Positions 35,505-44,097 of a stretch of 47,457 bases of DNA are shown here, in pieces. Both the position numbers and the translations under genes were made by a program. This stretch comes from Candidatus Asbonarchaeum danakilense (GTDB lineage: Archaea; Nanohalarchaeota; Nanosalinia; Nanosalinales; Nanoanaerosalinaceae). Below the pieces are notes generated by a model, which worked only from the letters and a program-made list of their open reading frames with translations, made no database searches and had not been told where the DNA came from. The DNA lies in contig JAXINV010000060.1 of NCBI GenBank assembly GCA_034190465.1, positions 1 through 47,457 of the forward strand, written 5' to 3'. Each line of letters begins with the position of its first letter. Position 1 is the first letter of the stretch.

Positions 35505-35841
35505 CCTTGTCAGGGTCTGGCGTAGTTGTCATCTGAAACACCGGGAAGAACAATGTTCGGCCCGATTTAAATACTTTCCGGAGCAATGAGGCTTTTAAAG
35601 CGGCATAGAAACGTCTATCGGAGCCTTTGATTCATGTGGGGTGTATAGCTGCCGGAGAAAGAACTTCGCTGCCATGCCTTCCTCATTATGGCTGCGATAC
35701 GGAACAATGCGGTGCGGGCTGTGGTATCGATCCCGCGGAGAAGAGCGACTAGGTCGATCAGGTCATGCCCGTACGGGCCAAACACGTCCACCCTGTCGCT
35801 GCATGGGAACGAGTCCGCGGCGCAGGGTTAAAAATATTGCC

Positions 35842-36618
35842 CTACAGCTCCGAGGTCCTGCCGAGCTTCTCTGCCTTGAAGCCGAGGATGTTCTCGTAGC
35901 CCTTGTTGGACATGAGGACGGGGTAGAAGGTCTCTTCGGCGGTGATCTCGTCGCCTTCGATGGTGGCGAACGATTCGCCCGGGCTGACTTTTTCGAAGTT
36001 GGTGCCGACGAACTCCATGCCGTCCAGCCGGTCGACCTGGTCGAAGACATTGAACACGACCGGGTCGCTCCGCTCTGCGTCGCCTTCCAGCGCTCCAAGG
36101 TTCCGGAGGAACGTTGTGATGACGTCGTAGGCATTCTCTGCGGCCTGTTTGGTTCCCTTCCTACCGCACTCGACGCAGGTGCCGTTGTAGTAGGCGTCCA
36201 GTGCGCCGTCGAGCAGGCTGTTGTCGACCGTGTACTCCAGCCCTGTCGCCCTGACAACGTCGGCGACCGGCCCTGTCGGGTTGGAGAAGATGGCGAACGG
36301 CACGTCGCTCGAGACGGTGGAGTGCAGGTCGAGCACAGTCGTACCGACGACCTCCTTCAGCAGCTCGGCGGCGAGCTGTTCCTCGTGGTCGCTGCTGTTG
36401 GGATCGCCGGGCGCGACACGGTTGAGGTCGCTGTCCACGTACCGCTGCCCTTTCTCGTATGCTTCCTCGTTCGCGTAGACGAACTTGACGCCTTTCTGGA
36501 AGTCCCTGTCCTCCTCTAGCAGCCTGTCAACCGCTTCCTTGCCGCAGACCTCGTCGCCGTGGACGAGGGTGATGATGGCGATCTCAGGCTGGCCTGGTCC
36601 GCGTGTCTCGACGCGCAT
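35842..36618 (-). CDS. AstE/AspA-family zinc deacylase, copy 2
   Basis: Start MRVET; HGDE, DLNRVAPG, DLHST, VECG, FYPVL. Confidence 0.9.
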   Translation of the reverse strand: MRVETRGPGQPEIAIITLVHGDEVCGKEAVDRLLEEDRDFQKGVKFVYANEEAYEKGQRYVDSDLNRVAPGDPNSSDHEEQLAAELLKEVVGTTVLDLHSTVSSDVPFAIFSNPTGPVADVVRATGLEYTVDNSLLDGALDAYYNGTCVECGRKGTKQAAENAYDVITTFLRNLGALEGDAERSDPVVFNVFDQVDRLDGMEFVGTNFEKVSPGESFATIEGDEITAEETFYPVLMSNKGYENILGFKAEKLGRTSEL

Positions 36619-36643
36619 GGTGTACCCGGCATGCCGGAGCACA

Positions 36644-36651
36644 TTTTAAAA
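36644..36651. promoter_or_regulatory. Palindromic TATA box shared by the divergent aspA-like gene and glyS
   Basis: TTTTAAAA lies ~25 nt from ATG 36618 (-) and ~24 nt from ATG 36675 (+). Confidence 0.6.
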
Positions 36652-36674
36652 ATCTCTGCCCCGGTGTGGTGCAC

Positions 36675-38180
36675 ATGTCTGACGAGTACTCGGAGCAGCT
36701 GATCTCGCACGTCGTCCAAAACGGGTTCATCTGGGGGCCGGAGCCGGAGATCTACAACGGCCTCTCGGGGTTCTACACGTACGGACCCATGGGCAAGCTG
36801 CTGAAGAACAAGGTCGAGGACGTGATGCGGGACGTGTTCCGGGGCGACCACTTCTACGAGGTCGAGGCGCCGATAATCATGCCGGAGAAGGTCTGGGACG
36901 CGTCAGGCCACCTGGAGACGTTCGTCGACCCGATGGTGCTGTGCTCGCAGTGCTCCGGGAGCTTCCGCGCGGACAAGCTGATCGAGGAGGAGACGGAGAT
37001 TGAGACCGCTGACGGCTTCAGCGATGAGAAGCTGCTCAGCGTGATCGACGAGGAGGATATCCACTGTCCGTCGTGCGGCGGCGTGTTCAAGGACGAGGTC
37101 CATGACTACAACCTGATGATGCAGACCGAGGTCGCGGGCCAGGAGTCGTACAACCGGCCGGAGACTGCGACGACGACGTATCTACCGTTCCGCCGGTACT
37201 GGCGGTTCTTCCGGAAGCAGATGCCGATCAAGGTGTTCCAGATTGGGAAGGCGTTCCGCAATGAGGTCTCGCCCAGGCAGCACGTGCTGCGCGGCCGGGA
37301 GTTCACCCAGGCGGAGGGCCAGATCTTCGTGACGCCGGAGATGAAGGATGACTGGGACGAGTACGATGATATCAAGGACAACGAGCTGCCGCTGTGGACG
37401 GCGGCGATGCAGCAGGACGATGACGACTGGGACGAGTTGACGATCGAGGAAGCCAGGCAAGATGGCATCCTGACGTCTGACGCCTATGCGTGGTGCGTCG
37501 ACGTTGCGTACGATCTTTTCACGTCGGTCGGCATCCCTGAGGACAGGATTCGGCTGCGGGAGCACACTGAGGATGAGAAGGCGCACTATGCGAAGGATGC
37601 GTGGGACGTGGAGATCCGGCTGGACAGTTTCGGCTGGACGGAGGTCTGCGGTGTCCACGACCGGACGGACTACGACCTGAAGCAGCACCAGGAGCACTCC
37701 AGTGAGAGCATGACGGTGCGGAACAGTGACGGCGAGGAGGTGATCCCGCACATCCTGGAGATCGCGTTCGGGACGGACAGACCGGTCTTCGCGCTTCTTG
37801 ATATCTTCTTCGACGCGGATGATGAGGAGCTGCACATCCCGAAGCACGTCGCCCCGCTGGACGCTGCGGTGTTCCCGCTGGTCAGCAAGGAGGGGCTGCC
37901 CGGGATCGCGGAGGAGATCTACCGCCAGCTCCATGAGCAGAAGTTCGACGTGGAGTACGACGATTCGGGCAGCATCGGGAAGCGGTACGCCCGGAACGAT
38001 GCCAAGGGCACGGCGATCTGTATCACGGTGGACTTCGACACGAAGGACGACGACACGGTGACGATGCGGGACCGGAACAGTGAGGAGCAGGTCCGGGCGG
38101 AGATCGAGGACCTCGGCGACAAACTGGAGCGGTGGCTGTACACGGACATGGAGTTCGAGGACCTTGGCGAACCGGTCTAG
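36675..38180 (+). CDS. glyS: Glycyl-tRNA synthetase (alpha2 type)
   Basis: EIYNG..GFYTYGPMG, ASGHL..FVDP, RPETA, QIGKAFRNEVSPRQ..REFTQAE, AHYA, SIGKRYAR. Confidence 0.96.
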   Translation: MSDEYSEQLISHVVQNGFIWGPEPEIYNGLSGFYTYGPMGKLLKNKVEDVMRDVFRGDHFYEVEAPIIMPEKVWDASGHLETFVDPMVLCSQCSGSFRADKLIEEETEIETADGFSDEKLLSVIDEEDIHCPSCGGVFKDEVHDYNLMMQTEVAGQESYNRPETATTTYLPFRRYWRFFRKQMPIKVFQIGKAFRNEVSPRQHVLRGREFTQAEGQIFVTPEMKDDWDEYDDIKDNELPLWTAAMQQDDDDWDELTIEEARQDGILTSDAYAWCVDVAYDLFTSVGIPEDRIRLREHTEDEKAHYAKDAWDVEIRLDSFGWTEVCGVHDRTDYDLKQHQEHSSESMTVRNSDGEEVIPHILEIAFGTDRPVFALLDIFFDADDEELHIPKHVAPLDAAVFPLVSKEGLPGIAEEIYRQLHEQKFDVEYDDSGSIGKRYARNDAKGTAICITVDFDTKDDDTVTMRDRNSEEQVRAEIEDLGDKLERWLYTDMEFEDLGEPV

Positions 38181-38223
38181 GACCCGCGTGTTTTAAAGCG
38201 TCGTTCCCGCAGGTTATATCGGT

Positions 38224-39177
38224 ATGGCTGAATGCTCGAAGTGTGGCAAGAACATCTCGATGCCGTTCACGTGCAAGTTCTGCGGTGACAGTTTCTGTTC
38301 AACACACCGGCTCCCTGAGAACCACGACTGCGATGGTCTCGATGACTACAAGCGGCGGGAGAAGGAGGAGAGCTCCGAGGTTACGTACGACATCCAGCGG
38401 AAGGAGGAGGAGCACCGGGAACAGGAAGAGCGACAGAGGAACGTCTTTGACCGTGGGAAGGCGAAGCTCCGGTCGTGGAAGCGGAAGGCAAAACGCTGGT
38501 TGAACGGCGGACGGTCGCAGCGGTCGTTTATGCCTGGGCAACAGGTGCGGCGCTCGCCGATGGCGGGGGCGATGCGGCAGGCGTTCCCGGAGGTCGCGAC
38601 GTTCACGCTGCTGGGTATGATCTTTGTGACGTTCTTGGCCCAGCAGATGATCGGTGTGCGGACGTCGATCGTACAGTACGGGCTTGTGCCGTCGATGCTG
38701 GCGGCGGAACCGTGGCGGATCGTGACATCGATGTTCATGCATGCCAACTCACTGCATCTGCTTGTCAACGCTATGGTGCTGTTCTTCTTCGGCGCTGAGC
38801 TGGAGAAACGTGTCGGGACGAAACGGTTCCTGAAGATATATTTCGCGGCAGGGCTTGTTGCGGCTCTTGGGTTCGCAGGGTTCATGCAGCTGTTTGGTAA
38901 CACTGCTATCCCAGCTGTCGGAGCTTCTGGAGCACTATACGGCGTTTTTGCAGCACTTGCTATATTAGCTCCGGAGATACGAGTTCTGGCATTCTTTATC
39001 TTCCCGATGGGTATCCGGACGGCGCTCATCGTGTTCGCGCTGCTGGATGTGTTTCTCCTGTCGACGAGCGTCCCGATTGCGTCCGCCGCCCACCTTTCTG
39101 GTCTTGTCGTGGGGCTGTACTACGGCCACAAGCTGAAGGGACGGATCAAGAAGCAGTTCAACTTCATGGGGCTCTAG
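38224..39177 (+). CDS. Rhomboid intramembrane serine protease with N-terminal AN1-type zinc finger
   Basis: CSKC..CKFC..FCSTHRLPENHDC; WR..TSMFMHA..HL..N, GASGA, AHLSG. Confidence 0.93.
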   Translation: MAECSKCGKNISMPFTCKFCGDSFCSTHRLPENHDCDGLDDYKRREKEESSEVTYDIQRKEEEHREQEERQRNVFDRGKAKLRSWKRKAKRWLNGGRSQRSFMPGQQVRRSPMAGAMRQAFPEVATFTLLGMIFVTFLAQQMIGVRTSIVQYGLVPSMLAAEPWRIVTSMFMHANSLHLLVNAMVLFFFGAELEKRVGTKRFLKIYFAAGLVAALGFAGFMQLFGNTAIPAVGASGALYGVFAALAILAPEIRVLAFFIFPMGIRTALIVFALLDVFLLSTSVPIASAAHLSGLVVGLYYGHKLKGRIKKQFNFMGL

Positions 39178-39746
39178 TTGACCCGCGTCTCCCGCCACAC
39201 GGTGCTGCCGGACCGGGCGCGCAGGCTGATGTAAGAGGTGATTTTCGTCGATGTGTAGAATGTGGAAGTGTCGTTCCGGTAGGCGAGACGGACCTGGAAG
39301 ACCTCGCTGTCTGGTGCAAAGCTGAGCGTGGTGATATTACCGGCCGGGACATCGCCAAGATCTCTTGTCGTGTTGTCGAGCGTTATGCTGACGTCTTGCA
39401 TCGTTCCATCCATGAAGTTGCCGAACGTCACGTTGTAGCCGTTGGGGATCGGTAGTCCAATGAGGAAGTTGGTCTTAAGGGTGACGCCGTGCTGGAGCGC
39501 GATGTATTTCTGGAAGTCGATATAGCGCCTGATATCTCGTTCGACTCCTTCTGACGTGTCCGCCGTGTGTGCTATCCGGGAGACGGCCCGTGGGAACTCG
39601 TTGACGCTGTCATCGAAGATCGCTTTGGTGATGCTGTCTGTGGTGAACGAGGTGGAGACGCCGGTACTGATGCTGACGATGCCCATGATCAGGCCTGCGA
39701 TGACGATGGTGCCGATGATGAAGAACTGGCCGTCCCTCACTCCCAT
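39174..39746 (-). CDS. Class III signal peptide (pilin-like) surface protein
   Basis: RDG|QFFIIGTIVIAGLIMGI N-terminus; several N-x-S/T sequons. Confidence 0.75.
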   Translation of the reverse strand: MGVRDGQFFIIGTIVIAGLIMGIVSISTGVSTSFTTDSITKAIFDDSVNEFPRAVSRIAHTADTSEGVERDIRRYIDFQKYIALQHGVTLKTNFLIGLPIPNGYNVTFGNFMDGTMQDVSITLDNTTRDLGDVPAGNITTLSFAPDSEVFQVRLAYRNDTSTFYTSTKITSYISLRARSGSTVWRETRVN

Positions 39747-40381
39747 AGGAACACCCTGATCTCCGTCGGACTGAACGTGGTGTTTATACCAGAGATGTGG
39801 TGGCTGACGCTGGTGATCTCTCCTGACTGCGGCAGCGATCGGCTTCGCTTGGTGAAGTACTGGTCCAGGGTGTAGTCGAGCACGGTGTTCTGCGCTGTGA
39901 AGTTGATTGTGTTCTGGCCCTGTGTCGTTTCGTCCTCGATGTTGATCGCTCGGTGGCCGGCGGTACTTATCGAGGCTACCTGTTGTTCGTTGACGCTGAC
40001 AGTCAATCTATCAATCTGATCTATCCAGAGGTGGAGGACCGTCCGTTCTTCCTGTTCTTCCTCATGCTGGAATGTGAACGATCCGCTCCCGCCGCTGAAT
40101 GTGCCCCGCGACGTGTTGATGTAGAGCAGGCTGACAGCGCTGTTGAGCGGCAGTGCGTAGTCGTCGAGCATCTCGTGCAGCTTCGTCACGTTGTGTGTGA
40201 CCATCGGTTCCCGCAGCTCGCCGGCCCGATCCAGTGACTGGAGGATGTCCTGCATCTGGGTGGAGCTGTAGGCTTCTGTCCCGCCGGTGCCAGCGAACGT
40301 GGGCAGCACGTTGACAAGGAAGAGGAGGAAGAGGCTGGACGCAATCACGGCCTCGAGTGTCGAGACGAATCCCTTGTTCAT
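39737..40381 (-). CDS. Class III signal peptide (pilin-like) surface protein
   Basis: MNKG|FVSTLEAVIASSLFLLFL; start overlaps the upstream stop. Confidence 0.78.
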   Translation of the reverse strand: MNKGFVSTLEAVIASSLFLLFLVNVLPTFAGTGGTEAYSSTQMQDILQSLDRAGELREPMVTHNVTKLHEMLDDYALPLNSAVSLLYINTSRGTFSGGSGSFTFQHEEEQEERTVLHLWIDQIDRLTVSVNEQQVASISTAGHRAINIEDETTQGQNTINFTAQNTVLDYTLDQYFTKRSRSLPQSGEITSVSHHISGINTTFSPTEIRVFLWE

Positions 40382-41697
40382 AGCCACACCGCCAGTCTAA
40401 GTTCTGTCTGTGTCGTGTTTGCGTACCGTCCCAGCAGGGTCGTAGGCTGCTGCTGGACGGCGACCTGCTGGCTGCCGGGGAACTCCTCCCCAAGGCTGAC
40501 GTAGGTGCCGACGCTGAGGTTGAACCCCAGCCCGCTCAGACCTAGCGTGGTCCGCAGCACCTCTTGCCCCAGCTGGCTGAACCCCCTGATCTGCTGGAGG
40601 GAGAGCCCGGTCTGCCGCTCGACGGGGTAGACGGTGACCGTCGGCGGGTCGAAGAACAGGTCGGTCTGTGTCGTGATGTCGCCTTCCTCGCCGGTATGTG
40701 GCAGGAGCAGCAGCCGTTCATCGGGTTCGTCGAGCGTGACGTCGGCGGTGAGGTCGCCGGAGTTGTTTGCCACGGTGAGCTGCATGTCTTCGTTCATCAA
40801 CGCCAGGCTGTCCGCTGTTCCGCCACTCCCCAGGTGGAAGTCGGCGATGTCGGCCTCGCCGCTGTAGATGGTGCCGCTCTGCCCTGTCGAGTTGGTCTGG
40901 CTGTCCCCGCTGTAGTTGGCGACGTAGACCTCGTCGAAACTGTCTATAAGGTCGAACGTGTAGGTGGCGTCACCGCTGTGGTCCTCCTGTGCCAGCCTGA
41001 CTCGGTTGTCCTGGCCGAAAAGCCGCAGCTCGTTCCTGTCGCTGCCGTTGTACAGGACATGGACGCGGAGCGAACCTTTTGTGTAGTTGATCGTCGGTGT
41101 GCCGGTGTTGAAAGTTGCACCGGTCAGCAGTGTCTGGCCCTGGAACGTCAGGTCCGCGATCCCGGCCGTGGCGACGGTTACGTTGACGTCCTCGTTCCAG
41201 ATCTCGCTGCCGGACTTGAAGACGTGTTTCGTGTAGTTCAGTTTCGTGAGGTCGGTGTTCCGCGTGTAGGTGGGACGGTACTCCTTACCGGTCCCCGAGA
41301 GGTTGGCGTAGAAAACGGTGGCGTTGAGCTGGTAGTCGATCTGGGAGGGGATGTGGCCGCCTTCGTGCATGACGACGGTGGAGTTCGGGTCGACGTCAGC
41401 AGGGTAGACGTACCTGATTTCAACGGGGTATCTGCTCTCGACGTAGGACGTGTTGAGCTCGACGGGAAGACTGTAGACGTTCCACTCCGTCTCCTCCCGG
41501 AACGTTTGGGAGGCCTCTGCTGTCGCGGCCTGGACGCTCTGGCTGAACGGGCTGGAGGTGACGGCGAGGGTGTTGGAGTAGAACAGGCCGATGGTGACGG
41601 TGACGACGAAGATGCTCAGCCCGATGACGAAATCGATGCCGATTGCCTGCCCGCTCCGTCCCTCGTCCCTGTCACGTGTCCGCGGGAGAGCCTTCAT
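40378..41697 (-). CDS. Large class III signal peptide (pilin/adhesin-like) glycoprotein, 439 aa
   Basis: Start MKALP; RSG|QAIGIDFVIGLSIFVVTV; 13 N-x-S/T sequons; beta-rich composition. Confidence 0.78.
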   Translation of the reverse strand: MKALPRTRDRDEGRSGQAIGIDFVIGLSIFVVTVTIGLFYSNTLAVTSSPFSQSVQAATAEASQTFREETEWNVYSLPVELNTSYVESRYPVEIRYVYPADVDPNSTVVMHEGGHIPSQIDYQLNATVFYANLSGTGKEYRPTYTRNTDLTKLNYTKHVFKSGSEIWNEDVNVTVATAGIADLTFQGQTLLTGATFNTGTPTINYTKGSLRVHVLYNGSDRNELRLFGQDNRVRLAQEDHSGDATYTFDLIDSFDEVYVANYSGDSQTNSTGQSGTIYSGEADIADFHLGSGGTADSLALMNEDMQLTVANNSGDLTADVTLDEPDERLLLLPHTGEEGDITTQTDLFFDPPTVTVYPVERQTGLSLQQIRGFSQLGQEVLRTTLGLSGLGFNLSVGTYVSLGEEFPGSQQVAVQQQPTTLLGRYANTTQTELRLAVWL

Positions 41698-41713
41698 ATC
41701 TCTTTGAAATTGT

Positions 41714-41812
41714 GGATGTTCCGGTATAAAACCATCCGGAGCCGGATGGTCTGGTATAAAACCATCCGCAGGGCGGAAGGTCAGGTATAAACCCGCTGGA
41801 GCAGGAGGGTCA
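41714..41812. repeat. Three ~30-bp tandem repeats plus a partial unit, each full unit containing a TATA box, upstream of the pilin-like operon
   Basis: GGATGTTCCGGTATAAAACCATCCGGAGCC / GGATGGTCTGGTATAAAACCATCCGCAGGGC / GGAAGGTCAGGTATAAACCCGCTGGAGCA / GGAGGGTCA, starting at 41714, 41744, 41775 and 41804. Confidence 0.85.
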
Positions 41813-42340
41813 CGGCGTGATCCGGTCGACCTTGTAGTAGGTGACGCCCTTCTCCGCGTCGACGACGGCCCACAGCATGGTGGCATGGATGTTCTGGGCC
41901 AGGCGGACGGCGCGTGACATCTCTGCGTAGCTGAGCTGGTGGTTCTCTGGCACGGCGTGGACGATCCACTTGGTGTGCTCCTTCTGGCTCTTCGGCCCCT
42001 CCTTGTACGGGTTGACGCCGCGCGGATAGACGCGGAAATGGGTGCCGAACTTGAACCCGGACTTGAGGATGTAGCCCCGCTCACGCAGGTCGCTGTAGAC
42101 TTCGTACTTCTGGGGGAACTCCTTGTCGGCCTCCGAGAAACGCTCGAACAGCTCGTCCTCGCTCAGCTCCCTGCTGTCCTCGGTCACGGTCAGTTCGTCC
42201 CGCTCGACGAGGTGCATGGCTTCAGAAAGTGCGAGGTCGAGGTGGTCGTCGAACTTTTTGCCGTAGTACAGGTCGTCGTGGATCCTCTCGTACTCCTCGA
42301 AGACCCGGACCTTGTTCTGCAGCAGCTTGCCCTCGACCAT
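41810..42340 (-). CDS. endA: tRNA-splicing endonuclease (single-unit type)
   Basis: L.LSEA.HL, YEVYSDLRERGYILKSGFKFGTHFRVY, catalytic His in EHT, VTYY. Confidence 0.92.
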   Translation of the reverse strand: MVEGKLLQNKVRVFEEYERIHDDLYYGKKFDDHLDLALSEAMHLVERDELTVTEDSRELSEDELFERFSEADKEFPQKYEVYSDLRERGYILKSGFKFGTHFRVYPRGVNPYKEGPKSQKEHTKWIVHAVPENHQLSYAEMSRAVRLAQNIHATMLWAVVDAEKGVTYYKVDRITP

Positions 42341-42382
42341 GCGTTGAGAACACCGGCCAACGTTTAAAAGGTTCTCCGCGGG

Positions 42383-42655
42383 TCACCGGTACTTCTGCTT
42401 GAGCTGCCGTATCTCCCGCAGCTGGGCGTCCAGGTCGTCGGACGCGAGTTCGTCCTTGACCGAGTCCTGTTCCTTCTCCTTCCACCCGCTCTGGAAGCTG
42501 TATGCGTATTGTTCGTCGTCCTGCTCGCCTTCCAGCCGGTCCAGCAGGAGCTCGACCAGCTCGGCGAACTCGTGGTTGACCTGTTCCAGCTCCTCGACGC
42601 GCTGGGCGTCGTCTCTGCCGTCCTGGCTGTCGCTGGTCTGCGGGATATCGTCCAT
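42383..42655 (-). CDS. Hypothetical acidic coiled-coil protein (90 aa)
   Basis: Genome-typical acidic composition; fills the gap between endA and the phosphohexomutase. Confidence 0.7.
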   Translation of the reverse strand: MDDIPQTSDSQDGRDDAQRVEELEQVNHEFAELVELLLDRLEGEQDDEQYAYSFQSGWKEKEQDSVKDELASDDLDAQLREIRQLKQKYR

Positions 42656-42744
42656 CGTCAGATTCGGCTTGGCTCCGGAGGCACATAAATCCTCCGGTGC
42701 AGGGGGTCGAACAATTAAAACCGTGCAGCGACAGGATAAGGGGT

Positions 42745-44097
42745 ATGGACCAGGAAATCCGCGCGATGTTCAGGGCGTACGATATACGGGGCAACACGGA
42801 CGAGGGACTGACACCGGAGGTGATGGAACGGATCGGGAAGGCGTACGGCACGTTCCTCCACCGGGAGGCGGACCACGACGAGGTAAGCGTCGGACGGGAT
42901 GCGAGGAACACGTCACGCGAGCTGCACCGCGCGTTCATCAACGGGCTGCGGACCACGCCGGTCGGCACGATCCACGACCTGGGCCTGCAGCCGTTCGGTG
43001 TCGTGCTGTACCATGCATGGAGTGAAGGCAACGAGGCAGCGTTCATCACCGCGTCCCACCTGTCGAAGGAGTGGAACGGTGTCAAGTTCTACCACCCGGA
43101 CGGTGTCGGCTACGAGGCCGACGAGAACGAACAGATACGCGATATCTTTGATGCGGAGGACTTCGCAGAGGGCGACGCGGAGCTGGAGGCGGCCAGTCCC
43201 CGCGAGGAGTACCTGGACTACCTGGTCGAGACGATCGACGGCGGCGATCTGGACATCGTGCTGGACTGTGGCAACGGTGTCGGCGGTCTGACCGCGCCGC
43301 ACCTTTTCAAGCGCCTGGGATTCGACGTGGACACGCTGTTCGAAGAGCCGGACGGCGACTTCCCCAACCGCGCCTCGGACATCACGGACGAGTCGATGGC
43401 GGCGATGAAGGAGGAGGTCGGCGACCACGACCTCGGGATCGCGTACGACGGCGACTCGGACCGCTGTGGCCTGATAACGCCGTCTGGACGGGTCCTCAGC
43501 GCCGACGAGACCGCCTACCTGGTGCTGGATCAGCTGCTGGAGGAGCGCCCCGGTCCGGTGATCGCGAATGTGGAGTGCTCCCGGATGGTGGAGGAGGTCG
43601 CGACGGAGCACGGCTGCGAGGTTGAACGCATCAGGGTCGGCCATCCCTACCTGTACAATGCCGTGAGGGAGCTCGACGCGGTTTTCGGCGTGGAGAAGGC
43701 AGGACACTTCGCGGTGCCGCACGTCTTCAACCTGGACGACGCGGTGGCGGCGTCCGCTGTATTCGCCTCGCTGCTCGCCGATTCTGAACGCTCCATCCAG
43801 GAGCAGGTCGACGACCTGCCGACGTACCATGGCCACCGGGAGGCGTTCGACTGCCTGGACAGCACGAAGTTCGACGTGGTCGCTGCGCTGCAGGAACGAT
43901 ACGCGGAGGAGTATGAGGACACGAACACGATCGACGGCGTCCGCGTGGATCTCGACGACGGTTGGATCCTGGTCAGGGCGTCGAACACGTCGCCGAAGAT
44001 CCGGCTGACGGTGGAGGCCGAGTCAGAGGATGCGGCGGACGAGCTTAAACAGCGGTTCGCTGACGACCTGGAGCAGGCGATCGAGGAGATGGGCTGA
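42745..44097 (+). CDS. Phosphomannomutase/phosphoglucomutase
   Basis: FRAYDIRG, ITASHL (phospho-Ser), DGDSDR metal loop, RASNTSP. Confidence 0.94.
   Translation: MDQEIRAMFRAYDIRGNTDEGLTPEVMERIGKAYGTFLHREADHDEVSVGRDARNTSRELHRAFINGLRTTPVGTIHDLGLQPFGVVLYHAWSEGNEAAFITASHLSKEWNGVKFYHPDGVGYEADENEQIRDIFDAEDFAEGDAELEAASPREEYLDYLVETIDGGDLDIVLDCGNGVGGLTAPHLFKRLGFDVDTLFEEPDGDFPNRASDITDESMAAMKEEVGDHDLGIAYDGDSDRCGLITPSGRVLSADETAYLVLDQLLEERPGPVIANVECSRMVEEVATEHGCEVERIRVGHPYLYNAVRELDAVFGVEKAGHFAVPHVFNLDDAVAASAVFASLLADSERSIQEQVDDLPTYHGHREAFDCLDSTKFDVVAALQERYAEEYEDTNTIDGVRVDLDDGWILVRASNTSPKIRLTVEAESEDAADELKQRFADDLEQAIEEMG

Noticed and set aside
35634..35648. Plus-strand mini-ORF MWGV after TTTTAAA (35593-35599)
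   Set aside because: Four codons, no downstream plus-strand gene, and indistinguishable from chance.
41714..41812. Possible mini-CRISPR array
   Set aside because: The units are contiguous with no unique spacers, they degenerate progressively, and no cas genes are present.
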